Source of the DNA: Patescibacteria group bacterium
GTDB lineage: Bacteria; Patescibacteriota; Minisyncoccia; Phycocordibacterales; Phycocordibacteraceae
Length of the DNA stretch: 45,927 bases
Reading direction: 5' to 3'
Assembly (NCBI GenBank): GCA_018970465.1
Contig: JAGWWI010000004.1
Location: 1-45,927 of the forward strand
The position numbers were made by a program, and so were the translations under genes. Positions 1-8,085 of this stretch are shown here, in pieces. The notes below the pieces were generated by a model. It searched no databases. It saw only the letters and a program-made list of their open reading frames with translations, and had not been told where the DNA came from. The first letter of the stretch is position 1. The number at the start of each line of letters is the position of its first letter.

Positions 1-123
1 AAGCATGCGCTATCATCAACGACAAGCCGAGGCGGATTCTCGGATACCGGAGTGCGCGGGAGCTTGCCTTAACGGCAGGTATTATCAAAAACGAGGGTGT
101 CCTAATTCAGGGGTGAATTTAGG
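1..123 (+). mobile_element. 3' end of IS30-family insertion sequence (transposase C-terminus plus right end), truncated by window edge
   Basis: Frame from position 3 reads ACAIINDKPRRILGYRSARELALTAGIIKNEGVLIQG* (TGA 114-116), matching the IS30 C-terminal N-x-[RK]PR[KR]-x-LG[YW] motif. 1-123 is the exact reverse complement of 45794-45916. Confidence 0.85.
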
Positions 124-196
124 CAACTAACCTAAGTATCTATATAGCACGTCATATGGATACTGTCAAGTTCAAGTTCGGCTGGCAGCCGGTTAG

Positions 197-293
197 TGAG
201 ACGGGCGCTACTCCCTTTTTAAGGGCGTCTCATTCGTCTCATTTCTACGCCATTGAGCCGTATTTTTGAGAAAATGAGACGCGGCGCGTCTCA
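197..293. repeat. Cluster of five TGAGACG/CGTCTCA motifs
   Basis: TGAGACG at 197-203 and 275-281; CGTCTCA at 226-232, 235-241 and 287-293. Includes tandem CGTCTCATT x2 and a hairpin at 275-293. Confidence 0.6.
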
Positions 294-559
294 GCTAATC
301 CGGCCGGCAAGCGCGGGATCGGTGCGGTACCGTGCGGCCCGCTCCAAAACGCCCGACCATGCGCTGGAGCGCAAAAATATCCTTGAACTGCCTGCTAAAA
401 GCGGTAAATGCATACTGGGCCACGAAGAACCTGAGCGAGTCAACTTGTTTTGAAAATGACACAGACCGTGGGGCCTCTGGTGCAGACGATAGAAGCCGCT
501 CAAAATACCCTTGTGCTGCCTCGCCTGGTGCTCTGCGGTACCGTGCGGGGGCACCATTC

Positions 560-602
560 AAAAAAAGAGAACCGCCCCATCGAGAACGCTGGGGCGGTTC
601 TC
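560..602 (-). terminator. Intrinsic terminator of the LysE-like gene
   Basis: 13-bp stem GAGAACCGCCCCA (567-579)/TGGGGCGGTTCTC (590-602) followed on the minus strand by T7 (A560-566), just after the stop at 613. Confidence 0.8.
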
Positions 603-612
603 GATGGGGCGG

Positions 613-1275
613 CTAGCGAAGCGGCGCGGAGGAAAGCATCCCCGCCGCGATACAGAGCACGCCAAGGCATTTCGTAAGCGGCGGAGAAGACGCGATAAGC
701 GACCCGACGCCGCCGAACACGCGGCCACGACTCATCAGCCACTGGGCAAGGGCGCGCACTGCCGCCCTCGCGTAGTGGATGAACACTCCGACGCTCAGGC
801 ACCAGGTCGCGAATGCGCCGATGTAGACGCCCGCAAGAAAGGCGCCCGTGTCCGCATCGGCTCGCGCGAAGGCTTCCATCGCGAACCATGCGGCAGCGAA
901 CGTGTCGGGCCGGAGCGTCCCGAGGAACGAGAAGAGGTATCGCCCCCAGGTCTTGGTCCGCACCGTCGGCGTGCCGTTCGAATCCATCGTGAGCAAGACG
1001 GCGCCGATCATGACGAGCACCGCTACTTCGACCGGAGACCCGGCGAGCGATCGGGCGAAGTTCCCGATCGCTTGGGAAAGCATCCCGTCGTCCGCGCGCC
1101 GAACGAAAAGCACGCTGCTAACAAGGAACAGATCCCCCAAGCTCCCCCCGATAATGATCGGGAGCGCCTGTGTGGCTCCGTCTTTCAAGACGGCGGCGCC
1201 CCAAAACGCAACGGGACCAAGACTGGTCCCCACAACAGCCCCGACGAGGAGCCCTTCGATGAAACTCTCCACCAC
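613..1275 (-). CDS. LysE/RhtB-like multi-pass membrane translocator
   Basis: N-terminus FIEGLLVGAVVGTSLGPVAF...IIGGSLGD resembles the LysE GP...G..GD pattern; several hydrophobic segments. GTG start at 1275 chosen from upstream GGGGAG. Confidence 0.55.
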   Translation of the reverse strand: MVESFIEGLLVGAVVGTSLGPVAFWGAAVLKDGATQALPIIIGGSLGDLFLVSSVLFVRRADDGMLSQAIGNFARSLAGSPVEVAVLVMIGAVLLTMDSNGTPTVRTKTWGRYLFSFLGTLRPDTFAAAWFAMEAFARADADTGAFLAGVYIGAFATWCLSVGVFIHYARAAVRALAQWLMSRGRVFGGVGSLIASSPPLTKCLGVLCIAAGMLSSAPLR

Positions 1276-1379
1276 GCGACTCCCCGTTATTGAACCTCGC
1301 GCAATCCTATAGCACGCGTCTCGCCTTGTCACTTCGCGTTCGCGTAGAGCGGCCGCGTGCGGTATAACTCAAAGCGTCC

Positions 1380-1451
1380 GCTCTCATCGTTCAACGGATA
1401 GGACATCTCCCTCCGAAGGAGGAAATGCAGGTTCGATTCCTGCTGAGAGCA
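1380..1451 (+). tRNA. tRNA-Arg(CCG)
   Basis: Acceptor GCTCTCA/TGAGAGC, anticodon arm TCTCC-CTCCGAA-GGAGG, T arm GCAGG-TTCGATT-CCTGC; 72 nt, CCA not encoded. Confidence 0.95.
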
Positions 1452-1533
1452 CCCGTTAGTGACAATTCAAGTGACCGAGCCGCAGAGTTGGCATCCAGGC
1501 TCAACCACTACAAGGTCGTGCTAGAGTGATGTC

Positions 1534-2289
1534 ATGCAAATAAAAGCTCGCGGCTTCATTTCGCCTCTCACCCTCATCTTTATCGTGGGAGCTATCATCC
1601 TTGTCGGAGTTGGGTGGCGGGAAAGCAGGCAGCCCCCAGAGTTTACTCAAAGAACACAGCCTGTGGCAGCACCAACAAGCGCGACAACAACGGCCAGTAG
1701 TGGGGCCGCGACCGAGACAGCAACAATCGATCAGGATGTGCTGCGGCAAGAGACGCCCCCTCAAGGATTAGATTGGGCACCGGCATTGAGTGGCTCTGCC
1801 TCCGGACTCGAAGGCGTTTATATTTACGTCAACGGCAAGCAGGCAATATACGCGAACGTTACCGATGGTCGCTGGAAGGCGGGGCTTCCAAACTCTAAGG
1901 CGAGTTATCCGTCCGGTACGTACGCCATTGAGATAAAGGATGAGCAAGGAAACGCGCTTGCTGCAGCGACGATAACGGTCATTGATGCCATTACGGTCGA
2001 TAAAGGATCCTGGGTGCCGCAAGGACGTGTTCTTAACCTCACAGGGACCGCCGCAAGTCTGAGCAAGCTCTTCATTGTGGTCTTCAATGAGAATCAGCCC
2101 CGTAATGTAGTCGCCACAAGCACAGTACTGGTCGCTAACGAGCGCTGGTCATACACCACCAACCTCTCACCAGGCACGTATTTTATATGGATTGAGGACG
2201 GCACTAAGCCGATTACTTGGTACGGCAATAGTCCACAAGGAATCCAACTTTGGGTTTCTTCTTCGGACGAACTCACTGTCGTTAAGTAA
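1534..2289 (+). CDS. Secreted/membrane-anchored protein with prepilin-like N-terminus and two Ig-like repeats
   Basis: KARG|FISPLTLIFIVGAIILVGVGW; T/A-rich linker; two repeats LSGSA..V.DGRW..PSGTYAIEIKD and LTGTA..V.NERW..SPGTYFIWIED; TAGAGT -10 box 6 nt before the ATG. Confidence 0.75.
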   Translation: MQIKARGFISPLTLIFIVGAIILVGVGWRESRQPPEFTQRTQPVAAPTSATTTASSGAATETATIDQDVLRQETPPQGLDWAPALSGSASGLEGVYIYVNGKQAIYANVTDGRWKAGLPNSKASYPSGTYAIEIKDEQGNALAAATITVIDAITVDKGSWVPQGRVLNLTGTAASLSKLFIVVFNENQPRNVVATSTVLVANERWSYTTNLSPGTYFIWIEDGTKPITWYGNSPQGIQLWVSSSDELTVVK

Positions 2290-2484
2290 GTCCATTTTTG
2301 CGCTCATGCCACCCGACCGAGTGGCGTCGGTCTTGCTTTGCCCAAGATCGTCAAAAGCCCCTTGAAGTGCCTCACTGGGCTAGGTTCGCTACCGAGTCGG
2401 GGCACAGCAGTCAGAGACCGCGTTTGAGACCGTTTGGCCCTGAATACGAGCCGTGTTCGGTTCGATACCTTCCGGCCTGAAAGC

Positions 2485-2520
2485 CGCAAAACCGCGCGAT
2501 TCTCATCGCGCGGTTTTGCG
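2485..2520. terminator. Perfect 16-bp hairpin, likely bidirectional terminator
   Basis: CGCAAAACCGCGCGAT-TCTC-ATCGCGCGGTTTTGCG between convergent ORFs, 6 nt from the recombinase stop. Confidence 0.75.
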
Positions 2521-2526
2521 CTTGCA

Positions 2527-3020
2527 CTAACCCTCAAGCGCGATCCTGCGATCCTTCAGGATAATCCGGCCCTTGAGATGGGAGAGCAGCTCCCGCTTCT
2601 CCGGCAGCGTGCCGTTCTCCAAGAGATACTTGGCATACCGCCGTATGTCCATCTCATCCGCCTTCACTTTCTCGCTCTTGTCGCGCATGGCGCTCCGCAG
2701 CTTATTGTATCGGGCCACCTCCTTCTCGATGAGGTGCCGCGCCCCGATCTCGTCGATGCTGACGTGCTCAAGGAGCGCGAGCAGCTGCTCGATCAGCCGG
2801 TCCTCGCGTATATACGGGTTCCGGCATTCGCGGTCTTTGGATTTGCAGCAGGAATAGTACACATAGGTGTTTGCGCCGCCGTCGACGAGACTCTTCTGCT
2901 TCTCCTGCGCCGTGATGCCCGAGCCGCATACCCCGCAGACCATGAGCTTGGTGAAGGTGAAATCCTGGAACTTCTTCTTGGGCCGGTTCTCCTCCGCGAG
3001 CTTCTCCTGTACCGAGGCGG
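2527..3020 (-). pseudogene. Large serine recombinase, C-terminal fragment (zinc ribbon and tail), copy 2
   Basis: Frame reads [40 protein letters not shown]...YYSC...C...[10 protein letters not shown]; clearly paralogous to the neighbouring copy; catalytic and recombinase domains missing. Confidence 0.85.
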
Positions 3021-3809
3021 ACTGAGCGTTACATTACGGTCGAATAATACCAGCCCAGTCTTCAGACACGACAGCAGCTCCCTCTTCTCCGAAGGCGTCC
3101 CTTCCTTGAGGAGATACTTTGCGTAGGTGCGGATGTCGATGTCCGTGCCGCGCTCGCGTTTCGTCGCTCCGAGCACGCCCACGCGGAATTTGTTGTACCG
3201 AGCGATTTCCTCTTCGATCTTCCCGCGCATGCCGATCTCGTCGAGGTCGAGAGTGTCCATCAGGTTCGCCAGCTTCTCGATGAGCGCCATCTCGTTGATG
3301 GGCGGATTTGCGCAGTCAGTATCCTTGGCGTGGGTGCAGCGATAGTAGACGTGGCGGTTGGTGCCGCCGTCCTTGAGCCGCTTGAACTTTTCGTCTGCCG
3401 TGATGCCGCTCCCGCAGACGCCGCACTTTATGAGCTTGGTGAAGGCGAACTCCTTGCTCTCAGTCTTGGGGATGTACTGGTCGCGTATGGAGGCCTGCGC
3501 TCGATCAAAGAGGTCTTTGGTGATGATTGGCTCGTGCTTGCCTTGGTACCACTCGCCGCTCCCTACTGGGTACTCGAACTCGCCGTAGTAGAAGGGGTTG
3601 CGGAGGATGATGTAGAGATTTGCGAGCGAGAGACGCTTGCCGGTCCGGGTGCGGAAGCCGCTCTTGTCGAGCCACCGGTATGTCTGCCGACCGCTCCATC
3701 CTTCATCGCCGACCTTCTCAAAGAGCTGCCTGACGATGGGTGCGCGCTTAGGGTCGAGACGTGCCTGGCACTTCTTGTCCACGTTCTTCTCGGGCAGGTA
3801 TCCGGTCGG
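3021..3809 (-). pseudogene. Large serine recombinase lacking its N-terminal catalytic domain, copy 1
   Basis: Begins at PTGYL; recombinase domain (ILRNPFYYGEF...GKHEPIITKDLFD) and zinc ribbon (CGVCGS...YYRC...C). No catalytic-serine resolvase domain; native stop lost, so the frame runs into copy 2 (track ORF 2793..3833). Confidence 0.85.
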
Positions 3810-4109
3810 GAGACCTATCGCGGCTTCTTTCACTTCGCCTGCGCTCTGATTGCTGTGCGGGTATTATTGAAATGAGTTCTAGACCACATCAACCCGACCC
3901 AGCCGGTCTTTATCAATGGATATAAAAGTTTCAAAGACGTTTTCACTGACCCGGTCTTTGCGGACGTCATTAGGGTCGAGGAAGACGACGGCGTTTGGAT
4001 AGGCACGATCGGCAGACATCGCTTTATTGGTCTCCCGTTCCTAAATCGTCCAAGGGGCGGCAAAGACAGGATTGTGGAGGTAGTAAAGCGGCATCTCGAC
4101 ACTCCATAG
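3810..4109 (+). pseudogene. Low-GC gene fragment with an internal TGA
   Basis: Reads ...ALIAVRVLLK*VLDHINPTQPVFINGYKSFKDVF...FIGLPFLNRPRGGKDRIVEVVKRHLDTP* with TGA at 3873-3875; no start, 5' end abuts the recombinase fragment. Confidence 0.5.
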
Positions 4110-4112
4110 CTC

Positions 4113-4760
4113 ATGTCGCTCTCCGACAAAGCCGTAGAGGAGTTCAAGGTGCTGCTTGAGAAGCGCAAAGGCGAGCCCGTGACCGACGCCGAGGCGCGAG
4201 AGGGCGCGGAGAACCTATATCAGTTCTTCGAGCTCCTCTTGAAGGGAGCTGAGGAGGACGCACGGCGCAAACGTCGGTTACGACAGGAGCCGGACGGATA
4301 CGAACTCGAAGGTTCCTATTCATGCTGCATCTGCCGCAACACCGCACGTGGGACGAATCACCTCTATACCAAGTGGGGCATTCTCTGCCGCTCCTGTCAT
4401 TCCGCTATCCTAGTCGGTATCATCCCTCCGTACGTCGCGACCTCCCGCCACAGCTACTTCCTCGACTGGCAATTGCAGAGCGATTTCAAGATCCATCCCC
4501 AAACGATGCGTAAGTACGTGCGTCAAGGCGCCCTCAAGGCTCGTATCATCCTTACGCCCGATGGGAAGCCGTATGAGTACGTATTCCTCCGCCGAGAGAA
4601 CTCAGGCCTTGTCTCCCGCGAGAGTCCTGCCCGCAAGTCGTATGATCGGCACCGCAATAAGGTGTCGGATCGGCAGGTACGCGAAGAACGGGCGAGACTG
4701 CGCGCTGAATTTGCGGCTGAACATGCGAAGTTGAAGCGCCGACGTTCACAGTCCCACTAG
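4113..4760 (+). CDS. Hypothetical protein with four-Cys zinc-finger motif and excisionase/MerR-like HTH
   Basis: CCIC and CRSC motifs; HPQTMRKYVRQGALKARII resembles an HTH_17/Xis-type winged helix; intact 215-aa ORF. Confidence 0.7.
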   Translation: MSLSDKAVEEFKVLLEKRKGEPVTDAEAREGAENLYQFFELLLKGAEEDARRKRRLRQEPDGYELEGSYSCCICRNTARGTNHLYTKWGILCRSCHSAILVGIIPPYVATSRHSYFLDWQLQSDFKIHPQTMRKYVRQGALKARIILTPDGKPYEYVFLRRENSGLVSRESPARKSYDRHRNKVSDRQVREERARLRAEFAAEHAKLKRRRSQSH

Positions 4761-5236
4761 CTAAGGAGGGTCGTCCTTCGGGGGCGGTTGCGTAACAGCC
4801 GGGGCCTCATACTGTTCAAGCCGCTTCCTGAGCTCTTCGTTCTCAGCCCTGGTCCAGTGATACATAACGTCCCGCTGTAGAGGCGTGAGGTCGGTGTTGA
4901 GGTGCGCCAGTTTAAAGTCCTCTGAATCTGGCGGTCGCAACAAAGATTGGCGTGCTTTGGGTGCGTAGTGGTCGGAGTTACGCTCAGCGAGGAACTTTGC
5001 GGCTGGGAAGCTGCCTTTCTTGGCGAGTTTGATCATCGACATTTCTGCTATGTCCGCAACGCCTTCGTGCCCTAGCCTAAGTGCGCGGTCGGCTGCCTGC
5101 GCGAATGCCGGGTCCGTCGCCCGCCAACGGTAGTAGGTCGCACGGACAATCCCAATCTTTTGGCACGCGAACAGCACGTTTGGCATCTCTGCCAATATCT
5201 CAAGCAAGCGTTTTTGTCCTCGGCATTACGAGCCAT
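4761..5236 (-). pseudogene. HTH protein (phage terminase-small-subunit/phBC6A51-like) with a frameshift near the start
   Basis: HTH segment ACQKIGIVRATYYRWRATDPAF. ATG at 5236 overlaps the methylase end and gives MARNAEDK; one extra A in the A5 run (T5 at 5211-5215) would join it to KRLLEILAEMP. Alternative in-frame TTG start at 5207. Confidence 0.6.
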
Positions 5237-5546
5237 GGAGCTTAACCCTCTTCTTGCCCGTCCTCTTTTCCCAGCGGTCGAGGATGACCTCGGCATACAC
5301 CGGCGACTTCTCCATGATGTAGCAGCGGCGGCCGAGGGCGACGGAGGCGATCAAGGTCGAGCCCGAGCCGCCGAAGGGCTCGAGGACGAGCTGGCCGCGC
5401 TTCGTGAGCACCTTGATGTACGGGATAAGGATCTCGAGCGGCTTCACGCCAAAGATGACGCCTTGGCCAGACGACTTCTCATCGGCTGCGTTGAACTCAA
5501 TGTGGTCGGTCGGGCAGTACTTCTTGCCCTTCTCATAGGGCTCCCG
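5226..5546 (-). pseudogene. N4/N6 DNA methyltransferase, C-terminal fragment
   Basis: KPLEIL...VLEPFGGSGSTLIA...CYIMEKSP (SAM-binding motif I). Open upstream only to TAG at 5547-5549; catalytic DPPY/SPPY half absent. Confidence 0.85.
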
Positions 5547-5707
5547 CTATTGGCGGCATCCCTGTTGAGGTTGTACGAGACATCAATCCGGTCTGGTATG
5601 TTTTGATTTGGCTCGTTGCTATTTTTTGGACACTTGTTGCAAACCTTACTCTTAGCACGGCGGTAAAGCGGTACGAGAGTGGAAATTTGATAGGAAGTCG
5701 AGAGTAG
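5546..5707 (+). pseudogene. C-terminal fragment of an ABC-2 type permease-like membrane protein
   Basis: AIGGIPVEVVRDINPVWYVLIWLVAIFWTLVANLTLSTAVKRYESGNLIGSRE*: a TM helix followed by the RYESG ending typical of ABC-2 permeases; no start. Confidence 0.55.
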
Positions 5708-5807
5708 GGAGTTTTCGCCAAGCCCAGAAAAACTTGGCGAAAAGAAATGAACTCTGCACACCACGCGCACGGGACGGGTGGGGCAAGGGGTGTGCTCCAC
5801 GGGTTGC

Positions 5808-5963
5808 GACCTCCCCTCCAAAAAATCCTCCCTCCAAAAAATCTTCGGCTCGAACCTGTCCATCCGAAACCGCGAAATCGTTTTTAGCCCCATTCCTCCA
5901 TACGCTTCGCTGCGCGAAGCGCGTAAAAATTTTTCTGAAACTGACCTTTGTACTTTTTGTGCC
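5808..5963 (+). pseudogene. Possible extreme C-terminal remnant of a third serine recombinase
   Basis: DLPSKKSSLQKIFGSNLSIRNREIVFSPIPPYASLREARKNFSE resembles recombinase tails I recall from Parcubacteria (unverified); frame runs without a stop into the rpsT 3' end. Confidence 0.35.
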
Positions 5964-6224
5964 CTACTTGGCGGAGACGAGACGCGCGAGGCGGCTCTTC
6001 TTGCGCGCGGCGGTGTTCGCCTTGAGGACGCCGCGCTTGGTCGCCTTGTCGACCGCCTGATAGGCGGCCGGGAGGAGCTTCGCCGCTGCCGCCTTGTCGC
6101 CCGCGGCGAGTGCGCGCTCAAGCGCCTTCCCCGTGTCGTGCAAGGCCTTCTTGCGGCGGATGTTGACGACGCGCCGCCGTTCCGAGACGCGGATCGCCTT
6201 CTTTGCCGAGGTCGTGATAGCCAT
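5964..6224 (-). CDS. rpsT: 30S ribosomal protein S20
   Basis: MAITTSAKKAIRVSERRR...VDKATKRGVLKANTAARKKSRL, 86 aa. Confidence 0.97.
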   Translation of the reverse strand: MAITTSAKKAIRVSERRRVVNIRRKKALHDTGKALERALAAGDKAAAAKLLPAAYQAVDKATKRGVLKANTAARKKSRLARLVSAK

Positions 6225-6260
6225 GTGGGCGCATAGTACACGAGGCGGTATCATGTGTCC

Positions 6261-6806
6261 ATGATTCGAAGCATCCGCGGGCCGGTCATCTCCTTGAGCG
6301 CCGCAGGCGCGGTGATCGAGGTCGCGGGCTTCGGGGTCGAGGTCCACCTCGCTGACACGGCGGGCCTCGCCGAGGGGCGGGAGGCCGCGCTCGCCACCCA
6401 CCTCGCCGTGAAGCAGGACGGGATGGAGCTCTACGGCTTCGCCGACGCTCCCGACCGCGACTTTTTCGAGAAGCTGCTCGCCGTCCCGGGCGTGGGCCCC
6501 AAGACCGCGCTCGGGGTCCTGCGCCGGGCGCCGCGGCGGGCGATCGCGACTGCAATCGCCGCACGGGATCTCGGCTACCTGACGAAGGTCGTCGGCCTCG
6601 GCAAGAAGCTCGCGGAGAAGATGCTCGTCGAACTCGGCGAGAAGATCGCGCCCGGCGAGGACGCGCAGGGCCCCGATAGCGAGGTCTTCGAGACCCTCGT
6701 CGCGCTCGGCTACACCGAGCGCGAGGCGCGCCGCGCGGTGCAAGCTATTCCCCAGGGCATCGACGGCAAGGACGCGCGGCTCCGGGCTGCGCTTAGCGCG
6801 AAATAA
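6261..6806 (+). CDS. ruvA: Holliday junction branch migration protein RuvA
   Basis: MIRSIRG, LYGF, VPGVGPKTAL, GLGKKLAEKM, LVALGY. Confidence 0.96.
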   Translation: MIRSIRGPVISLSAAGAVIEVAGFGVEVHLADTAGLAEGREAALATHLAVKQDGMELYGFADAPDRDFFEKLLAVPGVGPKTALGVLRRAPRRAIATAIAARDLGYLTKVVGLGKKLAEKMLVELGEKIAPGEDAQGPDSEVFETLVALGYTEREARRAVQAIPQGIDGKDARLRAALSAK

Positions 6807-6807
6807 T

Positions 6808-8085
6808 ATGTACGCGCTCGTCGAACGCATCGTCGCGCTCCTCAAGAAGGTCGTGCCGGACGCATGGGTGCGCCCCCTGCTGCCTCGCTACCATCGGACA
6901 CTCGCATTCGCATCTGCGCTCGCCTACGGCTTCCCCGCCCGCTCGCTCACGGTCATCGGCGTCACCGGCACCAAGGGCAAGTCCTCGGTCGCGGATATGC
7001 TCTTCACCGTCCTCCGGCATGCGAGATACCCTACCGCCGTCGCCGGCACGATCCGCTTCGCGATCAACGACCAGTCGGAGCCGAACCTCTTCAAGATGAC
7101 GATGCCAGGCCGCGGCTTCATCCAGCACTTCCTCGCGCGGGCGAAGCGGGCGGGCTGTCGTTACGCGGTCGTCGAGATCACGAGCGAGAGCACGCTGAAC
7201 TTCCGCCACCGCCACCTCGACCTCGACGCGCTCGTGTTCACCAACTTGCAGCGGGAGCACATCGAGCGCCACGGCTCGTTCGAGAAGTACGCGGCGGCGA
7301 AGCTCGAGATCGGCAGAGAGCTCGCGCGCTCCCCGAAGCGCCCCCGCGCGATCATCCCGAACGGCGACGATCCGGCCGCGGCGCCCTACCTCGCGCTCCC
7401 GGTCGAAGAGAAGCGGCCGTTCTCCTACGCCGAGGCGACGGCTATCGCCCTCGGCCCCGGGACCGCGGCGTTCACCTACCACGGCACGCGCTTCTCGCTC
7501 CAGCTCCCGGGCTCCTTCAGCATCATGAACTCTCTCGCCGTCATCAAGGCGGCGGAGTTCCTCGGCGTCCCGCTCCCGGCGATCGCCGACGCGCTCGCGA
7601 AGCTCGAGCGCATCCCGGGCCGCACCGAGCGCATCGAGGCGGGCCAGGATTTCACGGCCGTCGTCGACTACGCGCACACGCCCGACTCCCTCGAGGCGCT
7701 CTACGCCGCCTACCCGGTGCGCAAGGTCTGCGTCCTCGGGAACACGGGTGGCGGGCGCGACACCTGGAAGCGGCCCTTGATGGGCAAGATCGCTGACGCC
7801 GCCTGCGACCTCGTCATCCTCACGAACGAGGATCCGTACGACGAAGACCCGCGCGCGATCGTCGACGCGATGGCAGCGGGAATGGTGCGGCAGCCGGAGA
7901 TCGTGATGGACCGGCGCGAAGCGATCCGCAGGGCGCTCGCGGCCGCGCGGCCGGGCGACGCCGTCCTTGTGACCGGCAAAGGCACCGACCCCTACATCAT
8001 GGGCGCCGCCGGGGCGAAGGAGCTGTGGAGCGATGCACAGGTGGTCCGCGACGAGCTCAAGCGGCTGCTATCATCGAAGCCATGA
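6808..8085 (+). CDS. murE: Mur ligase, MurE-like
   Basis: GVTGTKGKSS P-loop, EITS, FTNLQREHIERH, PGR, VDYAHTPDSL, NEDPYDEDP, GKG. Confidence 0.9.
   Translation: MYALVERIVALLKKVVPDAWVRPLLPRYHRTLAFASALAYGFPARSLTVIGVTGTKGKSSVADMLFTVLRHARYPTAVAGTIRFAINDQSEPNLFKMTMPGRGFIQHFLARAKRAGCRYAVVEITSESTLNFRHRHLDLDALVFTNLQREHIERHGSFEKYAAAKLEIGRELARSPKRPRAIIPNGDDPAAAPYLALPVEEKRPFSYAEATAIALGPGTAAFTYHGTRFSLQLPGSFSIMNSLAVIKAAEFLGVPLPAIADALAKLERIPGRTERIEAGQDFTAVVDYAHTPDSLEALYAAYPVRKVCVLGNTGGGRDTWKRPLMGKIADAACDLVILTNEDPYDEDPRAIVDAMAAGMVRQPEIVMDRREAIRRALAAARPGDAVLVTGKGTDPYIMGAAGAKELWSDAQVVRDELKRLLSSKP

Larger units (their letters stand above)
1452..5963. mobile_element. Decayed integrative element/genomic island between tRNA-Arg and rpsT
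   Basis: Visibly lower GC than flanks; contains large serine recombinase fragments, a DNA methylase fragment, an HTH gene and other truncated ORFs. No att direct repeat found by eye, so boundaries are approximate. Confidence 0.7.

Noticed and set aside
253-561. Short ORFs in the left intergenic region
   Set aside because: Overlapping frames with no motifs or clear start signals; none can be supported.
2455-2480. GGTTCGATACC as a tRNA fragment or att repeat of tRNA-Arg
   Set aside because: Only GGTTCGAT matches the tRNA 3' end and no cloverleaf forms.
3873-3875. TGA recoding (genetic code 25 or 4) suggested by the in-frame TGA
   Set aside because: TGA ends core genes here (murE, ruvB, rpmB, dnaA), so this is more simply a nonsense mutation in a fragment.
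5814-5843. Tandem CCCTCCAAAAAATC repeat as CRISPR or iteron
   Set aside because: Only two adjacent copies, no spacers, no cas genes; lies in a probable coding remnant.
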